From positions 323,188-387,187 of the forward strand of contig OZ241842.1 of assembly GCA_965202675.1 (NCBI GenBank): a stretch of DNA of 64,000 nucleotides, written 5' to 3'. Numbering within the stretch: the first letter of the stretch is position 1; every line of letters begins with the position of its first letter. The stretch comes from Candidatus Spongiisociaceae bacterium. Lineage in GTDB: Bacteria > Actinomycetota > Acidimicrobiia > Spongiisociales > Spongiisociaceae. The notes under the pieces are model-generated. The model searched no databases. It was not told the origin of the DNA and saw nothing but the letters and a program-made list of their open reading frames with translations. A program made the position numbers and the translations under genes. Below are positions 60,261 to 64,000 of this stretch, piece after piece.

Positions 60261-60998
60261 ATGACCCGGATCGTGACCGAGCAGGATTCCATCAGGTTCG
60301 GGGACGCCACCATCGACTTCGACGTGCGCCGCAGCTCCCGCCGCCGCAAGACCATCGAGATATCGGTGGGCAGCAGCGGCGTCCTGGTGGCCGCCCCGAT
60401 GGACGTTCCCGGCGCCGAGGTGCGGGCGTTCGTCCGCAAGCGGGCGCCCTGGATCATCCGGCACCGCGCCGAGGCGCAGAAACGGGTGCACAACCGGTTC
60501 CTGGACGGCGAGACCCTCCCCTATCTGGGCCGCCCCGCCCCGATGACCTTCGAGGCGTCCGGCGTGCAAGACCCGGAGGTCTATTTCGAGGGCGGATGCT
60601 TCAGGGTGGCCGAACCCCCCGGTCTGGACGGCCAGGAGCGGGTCCGGGCGATCGAGGAGGCCGTGTCGAACTGGTTCTTCTACCGGGCCATGGAGCGGCT
60701 GCCGGACGACGTGGACCGCTGGTGGCCGCATCTCGCCTACGGCCGGAAGCCGAGGGTGCTGGTGCGCAGCCAGCGCAGACGCTGGGGCAGCTGCGCCAGC
60801 GACGGAACCATCCGCCTCAACTGGCGGCTGATGATGCTGCCCCCCGGCCTGATCGACTATGTAGTGGTGCACGAGCTGGCCCACCTCCGGGTCAGAAACC
60901 ACTCCCCCGACTTCTGGAACGTGGTGCGCGGGGTGATGCCCGACGTGCAGGAGCGCCGCCGCCTGCTCAGAGAAGCCGAAAAGACCCTCCCCCTGTGA
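60261..60998 (+). CDS. M48/DUF45 (YgjP/WLM-like) zinc metallohydrolase
   Basis: HExxH (VVHELAHL) near C-terminus; RBS GGAGG before ATG. Confidence 0.75.
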   Translation: MTRIVTEQDSIRFGDATIDFDVRRSSRRRKTIEISVGSSGVLVAAPMDVPGAEVRAFVRKRAPWIIRHRAEAQKRVHNRFLDGETLPYLGRPAPMTFEASGVQDPEVYFEGGCFRVAEPPGLDGQERVRAIEEAVSNWFFYRAMERLPDDVDRWWPHLAYGRKPRVLVRSQRRRWGSCASDGTIRLNWRLMMLPPGLIDYVVVHELAHLRVRNHSPDFWNVVRGVMPDVQERRRLLREAEKTLPL

Positions 60999-61156
60999 CT
61001 GCGCCGCCGCCGGGCCGGGCTCCGGCGGACCGTTCGGCGGAACAGGAGGGCCGGGGCCGGATTGCCGCTGTTCCGGGCCCTCGGGGGGATATCATCATCG
61101 GCGGCGCAGCACCGGAACCGGAATGCGCATCCATTGCCTGGCGTTGCGGGAGCAGT

Positions 61157-62434
61157 ATGGAACTATTCGGCAAGCGGCCGCCCCGGAGATACGGGAGGAA
61201 CATAATCCCCCACGTGTTTCTCGGTTTGGCGGTCGCGGCGGTGATCGTGTTGATCTTCACCCGCGGGGGTTCCGATCAGCCCGATCCTCCCCCGGAGAGC
61301 CGGCCGGCCGCCGAGGCCGCCGCCCCGTCCTCCGTTCCGGGCAGCTCCGGTGCCGACGACGCCGTCCGGCCCGCCGCGTCGGACACCGCAGCCGCCGCCG
61401 GCGAGGGCCCCCCGGAAGAAGCCGAGGCACCCGTTGCATCCGGGACGACGGTTGTTACAACCGAGACGATTGTTGCATCCCCGGCGCCCGCGCCGGACGA
61501 GCCGGAGGAGGAAACCGCAGCGGTTCTGAGCGCGGAAGCCTCCCGTTACCTGCTCGGCCTGTCGGCGTTCCAGGCGGCGCTGGACGGGCTGGCGTCGGAC
61601 ATGGGCGCCGTCAACCGCTCCTGGGACGCCGAGAAGGGGGACGCGCCGGACGAGCAGAGCTACCGGGTCAGGTACAGGCAGGCCGAATCCGCCCTGGAGA
61701 ACATCCTCGACCGGGTGCGGGGCTTCCGCGCCGACGTACGGGCTCACCCGGTTCCCGCCCCGGTCGCCGAGCAGGGGCTGGCGCTGTCGGGGCTGGCCGC
61801 CGGGATGGTCGACTCGGCGGAGGGCGTACTGGCCGGGCTCCGCCGCCCCCGCCCCGACGACGGGTCGGCGCGCCGGGCCGCCCTGGCCGATTTCGAGGCC
61901 GAGGCGGCCGACTTCAGCCGCCGCGCCGCCGGCCTCGCCGTTCTCATCCAACAGAACGCCTCCGCCCTGGGGCTGACCGCCGCCGGCGCTGGGGCCGCCG
62001 CGGCGCCGGACGAAGCCGCGGCCGACTACTTGAGAGGCTTGGCGGATTTCAGGGGAGAGCTGGACGGGCTGGCGGCGGAAATGGGCGCCGTCAACCGGTC
62101 CTGGGACGCCGAGAAGGGGGACGCGCCGGACGAGCAGAGCTACCGGGCGAGGTACCGGCAGGCCGAGTCCGCCCTGGAGAACATCCTCAACCGGGTGCGC
62201 GGCTTCCACACCAGGGTGCAGGCCCATCCGATCCCGGCTTCGGTGCGGGCGACCGGGGCGGGGCCGGAGGCTTTGACCGCCGGGCTGGTCGACTCGGCGG
62301 AGGGCGTACTGGCAGGGCTCCGCCGCCCCCGCCCCGACGACGGGTCGGCGCGCCGGGCCGCCCTGTCCGATTTCAACGACGCCGTCCGGGAATTCGGCCG
62401 CAGGGTGGACGAGCGGGCGGCGGCTGCCGGCTAG
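61157..62434 (+). CDS. membrane-anchored hypothetical protein with internal ~150-aa duplicated module
   Basis: N-terminal TM (IIPHVFLGLAVAAVIVLIF), two near-identical modules MGAVNRSWDAEKGDAPDEQSYR...VDSAEGVLAGLRRPRPDDGSARRAAL. Confidence 0.6.
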   Translation: MELFGKRPPRRYGRNIIPHVFLGLAVAAVIVLIFTRGGSDQPDPPPESRPAAEAAAPSSVPGSSGADDAVRPAASDTAAAAGEGPPEEAEAPVASGTTVVTTETIVASPAPAPDEPEEETAAVLSAEASRYLLGLSAFQAALDGLASDMGAVNRSWDAEKGDAPDEQSYRVRYRQAESALENILDRVRGFRADVRAHPVPAPVAEQGLALSGLAAGMVDSAEGVLAGLRRPRPDDGSARRAALADFEAEAADFSRRAAGLAVLIQQNASALGLTAAGAGAAAAPDEAAADYLRGLADFRGELDGLAAEMGAVNRSWDAEKGDAPDEQSYRARYRQAESALENILNRVRGFHTRVQAHPIPASVRATGAGPEALTAGLVDSAEGVLAGLRRPRPDDGSARRAALSDFNDAVREFGRRVDERAAAAG

Positions 62435-62510
62435 ATGCGCAGTTCCTGCGCCCCTCCGCGCAGGAACCCGGCGGCGGCAAGAATATTTTTCGCGTTCCGG
62501 GATAAGGGTA

Positions 62511-62546
62511 TTGAATTTGTCGCAGGTTTGCGGTACTATGTGTGCG
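62511..62546 (+). promoter_or_regulatory. sigma70-like promoter TTGAAT-N17-TACTAT
   Basis: -35 62511-62516, -10 62534-62539. Confidence 0.5.
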
Positions 62547-62716
62547 CTGACACACAAAACCGCCGCCGGGGTTCCGGAGTGCGCGGCGGTCATCATGGGA
62601 TCTTTGTCTGTTCGGGCCCGGCGCCCGAACAGGGGCGGCATGCCACAACGACGGATCCGATGCTGGTGGAGGAGGCGGGGGAGGGTCCCGGCGCAGCCGG
62701 GGGCGGTGCGCGGGAT

Positions 62717-62815
62717 TTTCGCGTTCTCGAATGGCGGGGGCGGTCTCGAAGGGTGGGGGTGTCTCGAATGGCGGGGGGTGTCTCGAATGGCGGGGGGTGT
62801 CTCGAATGGCGGGCG
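62717..62815 (+). repeat. 5 x ~19-bp tandem iterons GGTGTCTCGAATGGCGGGG
   Basis: Direct count; variant of the 17-bp iteron in copy 3. Confidence 0.85.
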
Positions 62816-63098
62816 GGCGTTGGAGGAAAGGGAACGCGTCCGGATGAGGCGTTTCCAAAAGATGTGTGCGGTTGCTGCGGCCCGAGGACGCTCCTGGATG
62901 CTCGGAGGGGCGGGGATGAGCGGTTCCGGGGATGCGTATGGTCGGTTGCGGCGGCGGGCATTGCCCCCGTGCTGCCGATGATTTCCGCCGCGCGGCGGCA
63001 GCGCGTACGGTAGAAGTATCAACACACGGGATAGAGGGGCGGGTGCCCACGGACGGCGCAGGGCAGCCCCTGGGTCCCGGCGGGAACGGAGGCAGAAG

Positions 63099-64000
63099 AT
63101 GGCGGAGCGGCTGGTGGTCATCGGGGGCGACGCGGCGGGGATGTCGGCGGCCAGCCAGGCGCGCCGCCGCCGCCCGGCGGACGATCTGGAGATCATCGCC
63201 CTGGAACGCTCCGGCTGGGTCAGCTACTCGGCCTGCGGGGAGCCCTACTACGTAGCGGGTTACGTCGAGCCGTTGGAGCGCCTGGTGGCCCGCACCCCCG
63301 AGCAGTTCGCCCGGATGGACATCGAGGTGCGTACCCGCCACGAGGCCGCCGCCGTCGACCTGGACCGGCGCCGGGTAGGAGTCGTCGACCTCGCGTCGGG
63401 GGACCGCACGGAGCTGGGTTTCGACCTCCTGATGATCGGGACGGGCGCCCGGCCGATCCGCCCCGCCATCGACGGCGCCCGGCTGCCCGGCGTGTACGGC
63501 CTCCATACCCTGGACGACGCCGCCGTCCTCAGGGAGGCCGCCGACCGCGGCCCCGGCAATGCGGTGGTGGTGGGCGGAGGGTACGTCGGGCTGGAAGCGG
63601 CCGAGGCCTTCCACAGCAGGGGCTGGAAGACGACCGTGCTGACCTCGGGGCGGGCGGTGCTCGACCGCACCCTCGACCCCGACCTGGGGGCGCTGGTGGT
63701 GTCGGCGATGGAGCGGATGGGAATCCGGGTGGTTACGGGCACCAGGGTGCAATGCATCAACGGGGCGGCGCAGGTGGAGAGCGTGGGGTGCGACGACGAG
63801 ACCCATCCGGCCGAGGCGGTGGTGCTCGGCCTGGGGTTCCGCCCCGAGTCGGGCCTCGCCGCCCGGGCCGGGATCGGGCTGGGGCCGACCGGAGCGGTCG
63901 CGGTGGACGACCGCCAGCGCACCGACGCCAGTGGGGTGTGGGCGGGCGGCGACTGCGCCGAGGCCCGGCACCGGCTGACCGGGCGTCCGGTCAACTTCCA
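63099..64000 (+). CDS. FAD-dependent pyridine nucleotide-disulfide oxidoreductase (CoA-disulfide reductase/NADH oxidase-like), 3' end outside window
   Basis: N-terminal VVIGGDAAGMSAA dinucleotide-binding motif, SYSACGEPYY redox-active Cys, second GGGYVGLE Rossmann motif. Confidence 0.7.
   Translation, partial: MAERLVVIGGDAAGMSAASQARRRRPADDLEIIALERSGWVSYSACGEPYYVAGYVEPLERLVARTPEQFARMDIEVRTRHEAAAVDLDRRRVGVVDLASGDRTELGFDLLMIGTGARPIRPAIDGARLPGVYGLHTLDDAAVLREAADRGPGNAVVVGGGYVGLEAAEAFHSRGWKTTVLTSGRAVLDRTLDPDLGALVVSAMERMGIRVVTGTRVQCINGAAQVESVGCDDETHPAEAVVLGLGFRPESGLAARAGIGLGPTGAVAVDDRQRTDASGVWAGGDCAEARHRLTGRPVNF

Larger units (their letters stand above)
62441..63030 (+). repeat. promoter-bearing repeat element, long form, copy 4
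   Basis: See copy 3; followed directly by oxidoreductase gene. Confidence 0.8.

Overview
High-GC (by eye ~70%) actinobacterial chromosomal segment. Its housekeeping gene order closely matches known Mycobacterium/Actinomycetes blocks. One block runs gltA, thrS, garA, FtsR-like MerR, BFN and a second MerR. A second runs pgsA, tRNA-Pro, der, ispH, cmk, aroA, rluB, scpB, scpA, xerD, pyrG, recN, nadK and tlyA. A third runs helY, tatC, tatA, pafC, pafB, pafA, prcA, prcB, pup, dop, arc and trmI. This backbone is interrupted by several lower-GC insertions that look horizontally acquired. (1) An AAA_21-type ATPase + DUF4276-like two-gene cassette (4856-6657), a candidate phage-defence module. (2) A very AT-rich cassette (20318-22656) encoding an N6-adenine DNA methyltransferase plus a small partner, a candidate type II R-M system. 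(3) An island between xerD and pyrG (29082-32248) with an HNH endonuclease and a Schlafen/AlbA_2 + HATPase_c-like protein. (4) A PIN-like pair (34325-35072). (5) A nucleotidyltransferase-HEPN fusion convergent with an orphan Phd/YefM antitoxin (38805-40071). The most unusual signal is a multicopy (6 copies) intergenic repeat family. Every copy carries a near-consensus sigma70-type promoter (TTGAC/A-like -35, 17-bp spacer, TACTAT/TATCAA -10), conserved hairpins and a terminal AGAACGCGAAA motif, often with short tandem iterons. Five of the six copies are oriented to transcribe into a downstream gene, including the defence cassette and the pup-prcBA proteasome operon, where the element sits in a ~780-bp insertion that splits dop from pup. 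One copy and an element remnant bracket the AT-rich R-M cassette. No CRISPR array, rRNA, transposase or phage integrase was seen; xerD is the chromosomal copy in its usual context. Many long GC-rich ORFs in the six-frame track are antisense artefacts and were discarded.
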